Source of the DNA: Macrostomum lignano
Lineage: Eukaryota
Direction: 5' to 3'
NCBI GenBank assembly: GCA_002269645.1
Contig: NIVC01003385.1
Span: forward strand, 1-64,000
Length of the DNA stretch: 64,000 nucleotides
The notes under the pieces were generated by a model. It was not told where the DNA came from and ran no database searches. It saw nothing but the letters and a program-made list of their open reading frames with translations. Each line of letters starts with the position of its first letter. The stretch's first letter is position 1. Below, in pieces: positions 41,295-51,865 of the stretch. The translations under genes and the position numbers were made by a program.

Positions 41295-44200
41295 CTGTAG
41301 CACTTAGAAAAGATAATTTGATACTTTCCAGGTTACTCGAAATTCCGTTTTTCTTTAAAATGATGCTACCGAAAATATACTGATAGTCAACATTCATATA
41401 CGAGCATAAGTTTTGTTTTCTGCAGTTCTTATTTCGATTAGTGCTTCCAATGCATTTGCCAATTGATGGGTTTCGACCTTTCGGCCCCCTTGTGAGGAAG
41501 CCTTCGGGCCTCAGGCCTCAGAAATAAATCAATTAGAGTCCTGGCCCCCCACTCCTGTCAGATGGTCAGCCCCATGGTAGCTTGATCGTGTGGCGAGCAG
41601 TCTAGGTCCTATAGCTAAGAGAGGGACAGCGAGAGACAAGCAGGGAGAATTTTGAAGGTAGAAATTAGCTAATCCGCAGACTAAGCTAACTCGCTGCCAC
41701 CAGCCCGTGCGTCCTGGCTCACCACACCGGGACTCTCGAAATCGGGCTTCCGACTAGAAGGGGCTTTGCATTTACCTGCCAACTAGTGTCTTTTTGCTGT
41801 CAATCTCGAAGTCATAGCCGATGATAAGGGACACTGCTGGGACTAGATCGCATTGGCCATGCAGGTACAGAGGGGACTTGTGCAGGGGATTCTTGCAGTG
41901 GCGAGTCTATGGGGTAGCTACATGTACTATTACATTGCTAAATACGAAGAATTGTACTTTTGGCCTTCAACGCGCCAACTAGCCTCTCATAGCGCTGATG
42001 ATAGGCTAACTCGAACTTCAGAGACCGCATGATTCATTACCCCAGCCGCTTGGCGAACCTAGAGTACACAAAGTACATCTCTGGCGCCGTTTTTGCACTA
42101 TTGGCAATTTCGCTAACTGATTTGATAGATTGATCGACTGAGAACCGCCTTGCCATTGGTCCACTGTGACCGGCGCCTACTAGCTTAGCTACTCATCTGA
42201 GCCATCGGCGAACAAAGAAACAAAACCGATAAAAATAACTGTTAGATTTAACCTTCTCCTTTGATCACTTCACACTTCAGATTGAATTGGAGTTTAGACT
42301 ACTAGCAGTATTATTGAATGACTTCTGCCTCAGTAACAGCACTACTGAACAAAATGAGCAAAAGTGTGCGCCTAATTCAGCTACCGAAACAGGGGACAGA
42401 TAGGGGATCACTCAATCAAGCAAGTCTAGGTAGCCTCTCACCCAACCAATCAGAAACTCAACAGCCGGAGACCAGGTAATCCACAGTGACCGAATCGGCT
42501 TGATGCTCTGCAGCTGTAGACTCGGGATGATGCTGTCAGGATCTTCGCTGTTAGCTAGCAGGTGATGCTCTTCACTTGATGTTCGCTGCTGATGACCGGG
42601 GGACTCGTCCTTGATGATGATGGGGGGGGGGAAGTCGCAATCCGGGGATCAAGAAACGACGGTCAGGCTCCGGGAGGTCTCTAGCTAGGCCAAGTTCCCA
42701 GGAGGTTGAGGTCCGAGCGGGCCAAAAACACCGGTTTAAATAGCCGCCAACTGGACCGCAGTTTGTTATAATGGAACACGTCGATTCTGATTGGCTGAGC
42801 CGTTTTGTTAAAATGAGCGTCGAATTTTCTGATTGGTTGGGCTTGTTGCTACCCAGAATCACGTGACCGAGAGATCCTATCAGTTCCCACAGGGTCGTAA
42901 AAAGATGACAGGTGCGGCCATAAATCACTCAAAATCGCAACAAAATGATTTATCACTTTTCGCGTAGGATTGACAGAAATTAATGAAAAAATATACATTA
43001 GAAAGCTCTTATTAAATAGAAAGTGAAGATAATGAAGAGAAATCGCTAATCGCTAATCCCAAAGTACTTTTAGGGGTAAAACGCATAGCTGTCAAAGCTG
43101 TCACACGCTTGAGTGAATCCGAACAATAGGCTCTGACCTCATAAATCTTGATGGCCTGTCAAAATGATGAGAAAAAAGCCACCGCCCGCATCCTCTCAGA
43201 CCATCTGGCGCCCGTCTCAACACTGAGTGAGGCGCAGGTGGCTGTCAGACCAGCTTCGAAAGCGATGATTTATGACCCAAAAAGCAATGCCTATGTTATT
43301 ATGACTACTAGTATGACCAAACATTATATCTAGTATAGATTCTATGACTCTTCGTAGAAAAAGGATAAAAATGCCCATTGCCCACTGTTAGTAGGCTAGC
43401 AAGTTTAGAGCCCATGTGCTAGCGCGGGGTTTGGAAAAAAGTGCGTCCTCATCACTACGTATCGTGCAGAAACTGCAGGGTTTTGGAGGTGAGGTGTGTG
43501 TCAGAGCCAATGCAAATTCAACGCCTATCTAAATGCACTAGAGCTCTTCTAATTGGTCCAGAGTCAATCTGTGAGATATGCATGTAACTCTCATGTAAAT
43601 CTAATTATACATGTAATCAGTGTACACTGTGTCGTACAGAAGCGAGTACAATATAGTACACATATATTAGCGCTTCGCCGTTGTTGTACGCAGAAGCGCG
43701 CCCACCCCGCGCAATGCAGCATTGGTGTACGCAGAATTAACTGTCCATATTAACTGTCCATATATACATCCAAAATTGGCAGAATTAGCGCGCGCCCACC
43801 CACCCCATAACTGTCCATATTACTTGTCCATAATACATCCAAAATTGGCTGAATTAGCGCGCGCCCACCCACCCCATAACTGTACGCGCAGAATTAGCAT
43901 CCAAGAAAATATCCTGTCGCAATTAATTGACGGCCCCCCGCGCGCGCGCATGATGAGTCAGCCAGCCGCTGTAAATCGCTGCTGTCCACACCTCTGCCCT
44001 GCGCGGCTCGCTATAGCTACCTGCAGCAGGGTTACGCAACAACCCGGTCGAGATACAAGGCTAAATTTATAGCCAGACACGTCATCAAGGTCTAAAAACA
44101 CTAACTTCTATGCATGAAATATTCTCGTTTAATAAGATGCCAGGTCAATTTTGTTCAGACAGCAAACTATAAATAAAGAAAATTCGGATTCTCGGCCGTT

Positions 44201-44563
44201 TTCTAAATTCACCAAGTTCAATTAAAAATCATGTGGAAAACGCAGTGTTTGACAAGCAATTTTGCTTGCCAAAGCATGAACTGCCAACAACTTGGAGCAA
44301 GGATTTCAACACGCCTCCAACGCCAGTACCGAAAAAAGGTACAAAATGTTCATTTTTCTGGAATCCTCGATAACGACAACTCCGTAAAAAGCTCGTTATC
44401 GTGTAATTAAAACAAAACTTATTGAGACTCTCGGGTATATAAGCACCAGCCCGGAGCATCTGCAAGCACCCGTACCTGCAAACTTTTCTCGGCTTCTCGG
44501 TAGTTTTCTAAGCTCAAATAACATCCCCACCACTCGTGTGGACAACGCAGTGTTTGACAAGAA

Positions 44564-45061
44564 ATGAGTTGGATTTCCAGAGACTACCTTCTATTATCGA
44601 ACGAGGAAAAAGACGAATATGAGACCTTGAAAAAATCTGCTGACTGGTTGTGCATTTGCCACAGCAAACCGATTTCTGAGCGATTAGTCACCTTCAATGC
44701 CAAGGTCGAGGAAATTGATCAAGGTCCCTACGACAGCCAAGACTACGCAGCAGCCAGGATAAATGAGCAACTACGGGACAAAATGAGGTTCAAAGCTGAT
44801 TTAGCACGAATGGAGAGATTACTGGCTCCGATACTAAGTGAGGAGCATCGCCAAAAATACGTTTTCGGAACCATCAAGATCTGTATAATCCGTCGTGGGA
44901 GGAGCAACAAAAGATTCGGAATTTTTGGCTGCCAAAGCACAAGAGAACCAGGCCGCGAAAGCATGAACTACCATCAACTTGGAGCAAGGATTTTAACACA
45001 CCTCCAACGCCAGCACCCGAAAATAGGAACAAAAGGTTCATTTTTCTGGAATCCTCGATAA
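44564..45061 (+). CDS. Hypothetical protein inside the Polinton-like element (3' half possibly frameshifted)
   Basis: 165-aa ORF after a TATA-containing module; no recognised motif. Confidence 0.45.
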   Translation: MSWISRDYLLLSNEEKDEYETLKKSADWLCICHSKPISERLVTFNAKVEEIDQGPYDSQDYAAARINEQLRDKMRFKADLARMERLLAPILSEEHRQKYVFGTIKICIIRRGRSNKRFGIFGCQSTREPGRESMNYHQLGARILTHLQRQHPKIGTKGSFFWNPR

Positions 45062-45192
45062 CGACAACACCGTAAAAAGCTCGTTATCGTGTAATTAAAA
45101 CAAAACTTATTGAGACTCTCGGGTATATAAGCACCAGCCCGGAGCATCTGCAAGCTCCCGTACCTGCAAATTTTTCTAAACAGACAAGAGAC

Positions 45193-45903
45193 ATGGAGAC
45201 AGTGCAAGACTTCAACGGCGTAAAGCGAGAGCTGCTGGCACTCAAACCGCGAGGCCCGAGCTTCAACGGGGTTGAAACGTTTGACATTGAATATGACGAA
45301 CAGGGACCTCTCTACTTGGCCAATGCGGTCCCTGTTTTGATCGTCAAGGACGTGCGTACTGACAACGAAGGTCGCGAATTCATCATCATTGCACAAAAAC
45401 ACATTGAGAGCTGCATACCCTACACTTTCAACACTGTGGCGGAGCACCTTTCCAGTGAAAGTCTAGCTCTTCTGGGCTACAACCCAGCGTTTGGAGGCGA
45501 CAGTGCAGCGTTTGGGCTGGCTCGCGATTTTAAAATGTACGACCAAAACGGACTGCCTGTAGAGGATTATAAAAACAAGAGCGGCTATTACAGGATTCTG
45601 TTTACTCTCGACACGGCCGTGATTCGAGACGCTGTTTTGACCGCAATGCCAAAAATTCAACAGCTACAGTTTGTCGAAGAAGCCAAACAGGCATTCGACC
45701 GTTGCTATTGGACGCCACCTCCAAAAATCAAGGTAGGCTCCAAGAAAGTAAGCAAGAAAGCAAAGAAACCACCAAAGCTTGTCAAGGAGAAGCAGCCAAA
45801 GGTGCCTAAAAATCAGGCCAGAAAGCGACAGCATCAATCGAAAGTAGTAGCAGCCAACGAATCAAAGAAGCGGCCGAAAGCCCCCAAGAAGGATACGAAG
45901 TAA
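45193..45903 (+). CDS. Putative single-stranded DNA-binding (OB-fold-like) protein with Lys-rich tail
   Basis: 236-aa ORF; YRILFTLDTAVIRD..LTAMPKIQQLQF resembles the last strands of phage/NCLDV-type SSB folds (pattern recall, no search run). Confidence 0.45.
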   Translation: METVQDFNGVKRELLALKPRGPSFNGVETFDIEYDEQGPLYLANAVPVLIVKDVRTDNEGREFIIIAQKHIESCIPYTFNTVAEHLSSESLALLGYNPAFGGDSAAFGLARDFKMYDQNGLPVEDYKNKSGYYRILFTLDTAVIRDAVLTAMPKIQQLQFVEEAKQAFDRCYWTPPPKIKVGSKKVSKKAKKPPKLVKEKQPKVPKNQARKRQHQSKVVAANESKKRPKAPKKDTK

Positions 45904-48296
45904 AGAAAACTGCCGAAAAATCTACTTGCAGAACGTCGAGTGCGTGAATCGAGTGTTTTGCGCGAAATGGAGCCGCATGCCTGACTTGGACTGGGCGAGC
46001 GCACGGACATTTCGCAGACCAAGAGCTCTTATCAATTTGAGGATAGGAAAGTGTACAATAAACTTTTGTCAGCGTTCTTTGTCTGCAATTGTATTCGGTT
46101 GTCGCTCAGTCAACCAAGTTTTGCGTCTTTTTCCTCAATGTAAACCAATTTCTGTTGTTGTTAACTTACCGCGCTGAAGTAGACAGATGGCCAAATTTTT
46201 TCCAAATTGCATACTCAGGGTCCCAATGGGTGAAGTGGGAGTGCGAAGTTTTCAATGGAATAGTAATAAAGTCTCCATTTCGCAATGCTAAATGTTTATT
46301 ATGCGGAAAGAATGGCCGCCTTGTTTTCCTTGGTATACGAAACTTTAAAGAGCTCTGTCAAATGTACGATCATGTGACTAGCGTTTTGTATGTCTAATCC
46401 ATATAGCTATTGCGTAGCTTTACTGTTTAACCACTGTAAATCTGCAATGAAAATGCGCATGGTCTCTAAAATTCTGACCGCTTGGATTTTTTAAAACTGT
46501 CAAAAACTTTTGATTTATTGCCCGGCGGCAGCAGCAATTTTATCGCCCCACCCCTAAGCAACAAAACCCCAACTCGGCACGTTCCACCACGCAGCAACAA
46601 AAGTAATGTGGGGTTGATTGACCCTGTTTTCGATTTTTAACTGTCAAAAATATTTGATTGATGACCCTCTGATAACACAGATCCTGCCGTAGCAGCGATT
46701 GTAAAATTTAAGAAGTTCCACAATCGGTACGTGTCTCCATTGTTTGTTTTGTACCCTTCTCGACACCTAGCAACATCTCCTCACAGGAGCTTTTGGATTT
46801 TTAATGCTGTCACAAATGTTGTGTAACTTTATTGTCAATTACCACTGCACTGAAATTGGTGTACAATCGTAATGCTGCTATGTAACTTGTCTATAAATAT
46901 ATTGTGCATAAATTGCGATGCACTGCAACCAACATCTTTGTGCTAAACAAAATGACAAACGGAATCTCCAGACTATGTTCTTGTCGCGGCGAGCTCGCAG
47001 AGCTCGCCAAAGCCCGTCCCACTCTTCGGCGGGCAATTATTCGAGGTGCAGGCAAGTGAAGAGTTGATTCGGGAGGTGATCAGTCCCCCGAAAACTCCCA
47101 CTTCCAGACACTTAAGCCTGGGAACAAAAATGTAGTGCACTTACTGTTGCGGGCTCCTCTTCTTCGTCGGGCAGGTTCTCCGAGCTCGTTCCTTGTTTCT
47201 TCTTCTTTGTTGCGCGCGTGTTTAGAACTTGCTTCTTCCAATCTTCTTCTCCGGAGGAATCTTCTTGAAGTCTAGAATCGGCCGAAAGTGAGAGCGTAAC
47301 AATAAAATCGACGTCGCAGTATTTCCTCGAGTGCAAATCAACATAGGCCTTAAGCTCAGTAATCAATATCAACGATGCGCCCTTGTAATAAAATCAACTT
47401 TCTGTAATAATCACGAGGACCTCCAAGAAGGGCGTCTTCTTCTAGATCTAACGGAATCGGAGTCGTGTGCTCCTATCGGTTAATCTAGGATAACCAAAAT
47501 CAATCAATCGATAATCCTCTAAGGGTATCGGAATCGGTCCGCAGATCCTATCCAATCCCTTAGGAAAATGGGAGGCCTCAAACTAAATAGACTCAATAAA
47601 ATCAACTGAACGGTAACGGCCGGCAATAATAATCGCTCTCAATAATCAAAATAACGAAGTCTCAAACAAAGCTTTCCAATTGGTGTTTATCTCTTCCTCA
47701 GAGATATAGCCTCGTTGGCTGCTCTTGCAAAGCCCAAGATCTTTGGAGGCTGCTCCGAGTCTGAGATTTTAGCTCGGATTTTGCGTTTGTATTTATACAC
47801 AATTTTTCGGCCTTGAGTCGACCTTGAGCTCAAAACCGGTTTTTTGATGAGTTCACGAAAGGAATTTTATTATTTGACAGGTGAGGTTTTTGAATAGAAA
47901 GGGGTGAGACTTGGGTCACATTCAGGTTAACATTTACCATATTTGGAAGTTCTAAAAATAGATGTCGAGAACCGGTTTTTTTCGAACAATAGCATAGCCA
48001 CTCGCTGTTTGCGTGATATGACTGGTATTACTAAAAATAGAGTATGACACATAGCTATTCTTAAATTTGTGTTCATAATTTTATGTTACTACTTTACACA
48101 GTAGGCTACACAGTAGGCTACTGTGTTTGGAGATCTCTACACAAGGAACTGATTCATTGTCTCTGTGAATTGAGTCACAACGGACTCCGGGGGAAATATT
48201 GACCTTTCTCCGAAACAGTATCTGCGATTAAAGCGATACAGAAGATCGCAGCGTGAATTGGCAGACACAAAATTGTCTATAAATAGGAAGAAGAAT

Positions 48297-48398
48297 ATGC
48301 TTCTCTCGAATCCTCAAGTCGGTGGTTTTCTACCCATCCTTGCATCTGTTGCTGCACCGCTAATATCAAGCCTGTTTGGTGGACTACTCGGTCGCTAA
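48297..48398 (+). CDS. 33-aa adenovirus pX-like / membrane-active core peptide (MLLSNPQVGGFLPILASVAAPLISSLFGGLLGR)
   Basis: Below ORF-track cutoff; TATAAATA at 48278; xGG/F protease-type site followed by hydrophobic amphipathic helix as in adenoviral pX; stop TAA one base before next ATG. Confidence 0.7.
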   Translation: MLLSNPQVGGFLPILASVAAPLISSLFGGLLGR

Positions 48399-48399
48399 A

Positions 48400-49041
48400 A
48401 TGAATAAATACGTTGTTGTGCCAGAAGAAGAATTTAATAGACTGAGTCAAGGCGCACCCCGAGAAATTGCATCTAAAACAGAATATGAAAAACTCATTGA
48501 ATACAACACTCAACTCCAAAATAAACTAATTCAGATCAAGCAAAAGAAGAGTAATCGTTTTCCTGAACGACAACAACGAAATTGGGACATGTTGACAGAA
48601 AGATACCCAAATTTGGAGCTCAACAAGTCGTGGGAAATTGTATTTGATGGAAAAACCTGGCCAGGAAGCAATACTTTCGATCTACTGAAGGAAGATGAAA
48701 GGCGCGACCGCCCAAGCCCAAAATATAGTACCGCTTTTTGGGCCCTGGCTGAAGAGGCAGATATTGCAAAAGCTCTACTAGGACGACACCAACAAGAAGA
48801 AGTCAGCGTGAAAAAAGAAATCGGCACGGATCCGGATCGAGACGATTTTTTAGTCGAGCAAGCAATTGGAACTAGTGATTTCTACAACGACTTCCACAAA
48901 GACCGAGCCAGTGGCCTGAATGAAGTTAAAAAATTTGAAGATCGTGGCAGCGATGCCTACAGGCATGCTTCATACCAACATCGCGAACCAAAGAGGCGGC
49001 AGAAACCAGCAGTAAAATACGAGACGTTAAAAAAACTATAA
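48400..49041 (+). CDS. Conserved Polinton-type hypothetical protein
   Basis: MNKYVVVPEEEF.. and WEIVFDGKTWPGSNTFDLL..P..FW..L resemble an uncharacterised ORF commonly found next to Polinton integrases. Confidence 0.65.
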   Translation: MNKYVVVPEEEFNRLSQGAPREIASKTEYEKLIEYNTQLQNKLIQIKQKKSNRFPERQQRNWDMLTERYPNLELNKSWEIVFDGKTWPGSNTFDLLKEDERRDRPSPKYSTAFWALAEEADIAKALLGRHQQEEVSVKKEIGTDPDRDDFLVEQAIGTSDFYNDFHKDRASGLNEVKKFEDRGSDAYRHASYQHREPKRRQKPAVKYETLKKL

Positions 49042-49178
49042 ATAGAAATCATTTTCATGATTTATAATCTGTTTTTGGATCATGGGTGCTGCAGCTTTAA
49101 CTTCAAAGCTTTGCTCAGACAAACCGTCTGTGGAGTTCAAGTGTAATTACTCATGCTGTGCATCGACTCTAGTTGCGA

Positions 49179-50244
49179 ATGAGGGTGAAAACCGCTCTTC
49201 GGAGAGTGTACGAACAGGGGGATGCCGCTTTTACAAATGCTGCCCGTGTATATCAGGAGGCCAAACGGCTGGCCTCCTCCCTGACGAGACGCCAAACCGA
49301 CGAATGGCTGAAGACCCAATCGAGCTTCACCCGGCACAAGAGGGTTAAAAGAAAATTCCGAACCGGAAAAGTAATGTCAGGAGGCTTCATGGAAACTGTG
49401 CAAGCGGATTTGATGGACATGTCACGATACGAACAATGGAATGATGGTCATCGATATTCTGGTTGCAATTGACGTGCTTAGTAAATTGGCTTTTTGTCAG
49501 CCAATAAAATTGAAAAGCGACACTCCAAAGGCTTTTGAAAGCATGATCATAGACTTCCCTATTAAGCCTTTATATCTACGCGTTGATCGAGGTACCGAGT
49601 TTTAAAACAATCGCATGCAGAACTTACTGAAAGCCAACAGTATCAAAATGTACAGCACAAACTCTGTATACAAGGCAAATATGGCTGAAAGGTTGATTAG
49701 AACTCTCCGAAAACGTTTAGCTCGCTACTTTAAGCACAAAAACACGTGGCGCTGGATCGACTATTTGCCAATATTGGTTAAAAGTTACAACAACACAGTA
49801 CACTCTACTATTGACATGAAACCTTCGAGTGTCGGTCTGCACAACCAAAAAGAATTGTGGGAAAAGCTCTACCAGGATCCTGAATATGATGAACCAGTTT
49901 ACCAAAAAGGGGACTTTGTCAGAATTTCAAAATCTCGTCGAGCCTTTGACAAGGAAGCATACGATATGTACAGCGAAGAAGTTTACGTTGTGTCTCAAGT
50001 ATGCCCGGGACCACCTCATTTTTATCGCATTTCCGACCTATCTGGAGAACAAATCGAGGGTCGATTCTACTATAATGAACTTTCAAAGACGGTTCGACCG
50101 GACCGCTTTGTTATAGACAAAATTCTGCGTCGCAATGTCGTCATCAATGGTGTCGCTCATCATTTCGTTAGTTGGCGCGGCTATCCCGAGTCGTTCAATG
50201 CATTTGTACCAGTTGAGGAAGTTATAAATATAAGACAAGGATGA
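49179..50244 (+). pseudogene. Retroviral-type (rve) DDE integrase with C-terminal chromodomain; frameshift near 49455 and TAA at 49603-49605
   Basis: QADLMDM (D), ILVAIDVLSK, VDRGTEF (D), MAERLIRTL (E); chromodomain FVIDKILRR..HFVSWRGYPESFNAFVP; reading needs a +1 shift at CGATATTCTG and passes an in-frame stop. Confidence 0.92.
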
Positions 50245-50278
50245 ACACACGCACAGTCGAAACGTGTGGTATATTACA

Positions 50279-51442
50279 ATGCATCTTTTCCTACCTAGCA
50301 ATGCGTGCGTTGAGCACTATCCTGAGAATAATTCGGCACATTATGACATTAATTTGCCCGACACCCTCCACTTTCCGAATCATGAAGTCTGCATCGAACG
50401 GATCTACTTTTGTAAAGAATTCAAAACCGTCCCCGATAATCGAATGGTTGATGTCCTGACCAACACTCCCGAGGATGAAGTGATCGATATTGAGGTTAGA
50501 GAAAAACCCGCCTCCACGTATAAGCAATTTGCGTCGGTTTCTCTCCCCGCGGGGCTATCAACAGCTAACGAAGTGGTTGATGCGATCATTGCCGCTCTAA
50601 AATATGAGCAATACAATAATGCGATGATTTGCATTGAGCGTTCACAGGAAGGCCAAATTTCGATTGTGAACAAATCATGGTATGGTGCGAACATTAGGCT
50701 GTCCAGTAATGTGCGCAGCATGTTTAAAAAGGTCGATGACGCTGGAAATAAATCAAATATCGAAGGAACGAGTTTTTTATTAAACCCAAGAATTTCTTTA
50801 GTATTCGCTATAGAATTGGAATCCTCCTCCTCCATAGAGAGTCCCATGACTCTAACGTTTGAAAAAAGTGTCTGGCCTAGTAGAACGTCACTGCGGATTG
50901 CTAAAGGATTCTACCGCACGCCCGATGGGCTCTTAAATTATGTTAATGGAGCGCTTTGGAGCGTCGTTTCAAAGCTCCCAATAAGTCCAGCAACGAGAGT
51001 GGATGCATTCAGCTACAACCCTTTTCTGAACCGGTGTGAGTACAAACCCATTGAAAACATTTTATTTGAAATTGGTGAGCTTGCTGCCATTCTCGGCTTT
51101 CGCGAAGATGATTCTTTTAATGAAACTCCAAAGACCGCTAAACGACCAATCGATTTAACAAATGGTGTACAAACTATGTACATCTATTCAAACATTGTCG
51201 ACTCTGCCATTGTTGGAGACGTCAAAGTCGCCCTGCTTGGTGCAATTCCTTTGAATGAAAAGGTATACGGTGAACGAGAGTACTACGAGTTTGTCAATCT
51301 ATCATACTTACCGTTGGTGAAGCACCCATTTACTCGTAAAACCATTGAGGTGCAAATCTGTGACGATATGGGCAAGCTAATGGATCGGATTCTTCTTGGT
51401 AAAACTGTTTTATCGATCAACATTCGTGAAATTAAGCTATAA
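50279..51442 (+). CDS. Minor capsid protein (penton-like single jelly-roll)
   Basis: LFLPSN..YPENNSAHYDINLP N-terminus and MYIYSNIVDSAIVGDVKVALL..YLPL..IEVQICDDMG C-terminus typical of Polinton mCP; open frame from 50264. Confidence 0.85.
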   Translation: MHLFLPSNACVEHYPENNSAHYDINLPDTLHFPNHEVCIERIYFCKEFKTVPDNRMVDVLTNTPEDEVIDIEVREKPASTYKQFASVSLPAGLSTANEVVDAIIAALKYEQYNNAMICIERSQEGQISIVNKSWYGANIRLSSNVRSMFKKVDDAGNKSNIEGTSFLLNPRISLVFAIELESSSSIESPMTLTFEKSVWPSRTSLRIAKGFYRTPDGLLNYVNGALWSVVSKLPISPATRVDAFSYNPFLNRCEYKPIENILFEIGELAAILGFREDDSFNETPKTAKRPIDLTNGVQTMYIYSNIVDSAIVGDVKVALLGAIPLNEKVYGEREYYEFVNLSYLPLVKHPFTRKTIEVQICDDMGKLMDRILLGKTVLSINIREIKL

Positions 51443-51486
51443 ATAAAGAAGTTTTCACGAATTAAAGACCGCAATTCATCAGCAAT

Positions 51487-51834
51487 ATGCCTTCAATCTT
51501 GATCGGAGGAGCACTGTTTGGCAGCATTGCCCGATTTGCCCTGCCAATTTTAAAGAGTTTTGGCAAAAATATTCTTCGCCACGGAACACGAGCCCTAGCT
51601 ACAACAGTTAGCGACACACTCGATCAAGGCGGGAACTTGAAAGAAGCAGCATTGCGCAACTCTGTCCGGGCAGCTAAAGATGCTTTCAAAGACACAGTCA
51701 CACAACGAGGTAGCGGCGGTGGTCAAAGGCGTAGAAAGAAGACTAACAAAAAAACTAGAAAAAGACTCCAACATTCTGATATTTTTGACTCTATAAATAA
51801 AAAAACCCGCGTCAATAATCGATCTGCCTATTAG
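51487..51834 (+). CDS. Basic core protein (pVII-like)
   Basis: LIGG/A and QRGSG protease-type motifs, amphipathic FGSIARFALPILK, Arg/Lys-rich tail ending DIFD. Confidence 0.75.
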   Translation: MPSILIGGALFGSIARFALPILKSFGKNILRHGTRALATTVSDTLDQGGNLKEAALRNSVRAAKDAFKDTVTQRGSGGGQRRRKKTNKKTRKRLQHSDIFDSINKKTRVNNRSAY

Positions 51835-51865
51835 AGCACCACTCTAAGCCGCTGTTGAAAGAAAA

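Noticed and set aside
41455-41510. Hammerhead-ribozyme-like GGCC-GAAA-GGTC-GAAAC on the minus strand
   Set aside because: Stem II and GAAAC are present but the required CUGANGA core is absent.
41487-42894. Second solo LTR or TIR element (TGTGAGGAA..TTCCCACA)
   Set aside because: Termini imperfect and no matching TSD; the segment does have CCAAT/TATA-like motifs but cannot be classified.
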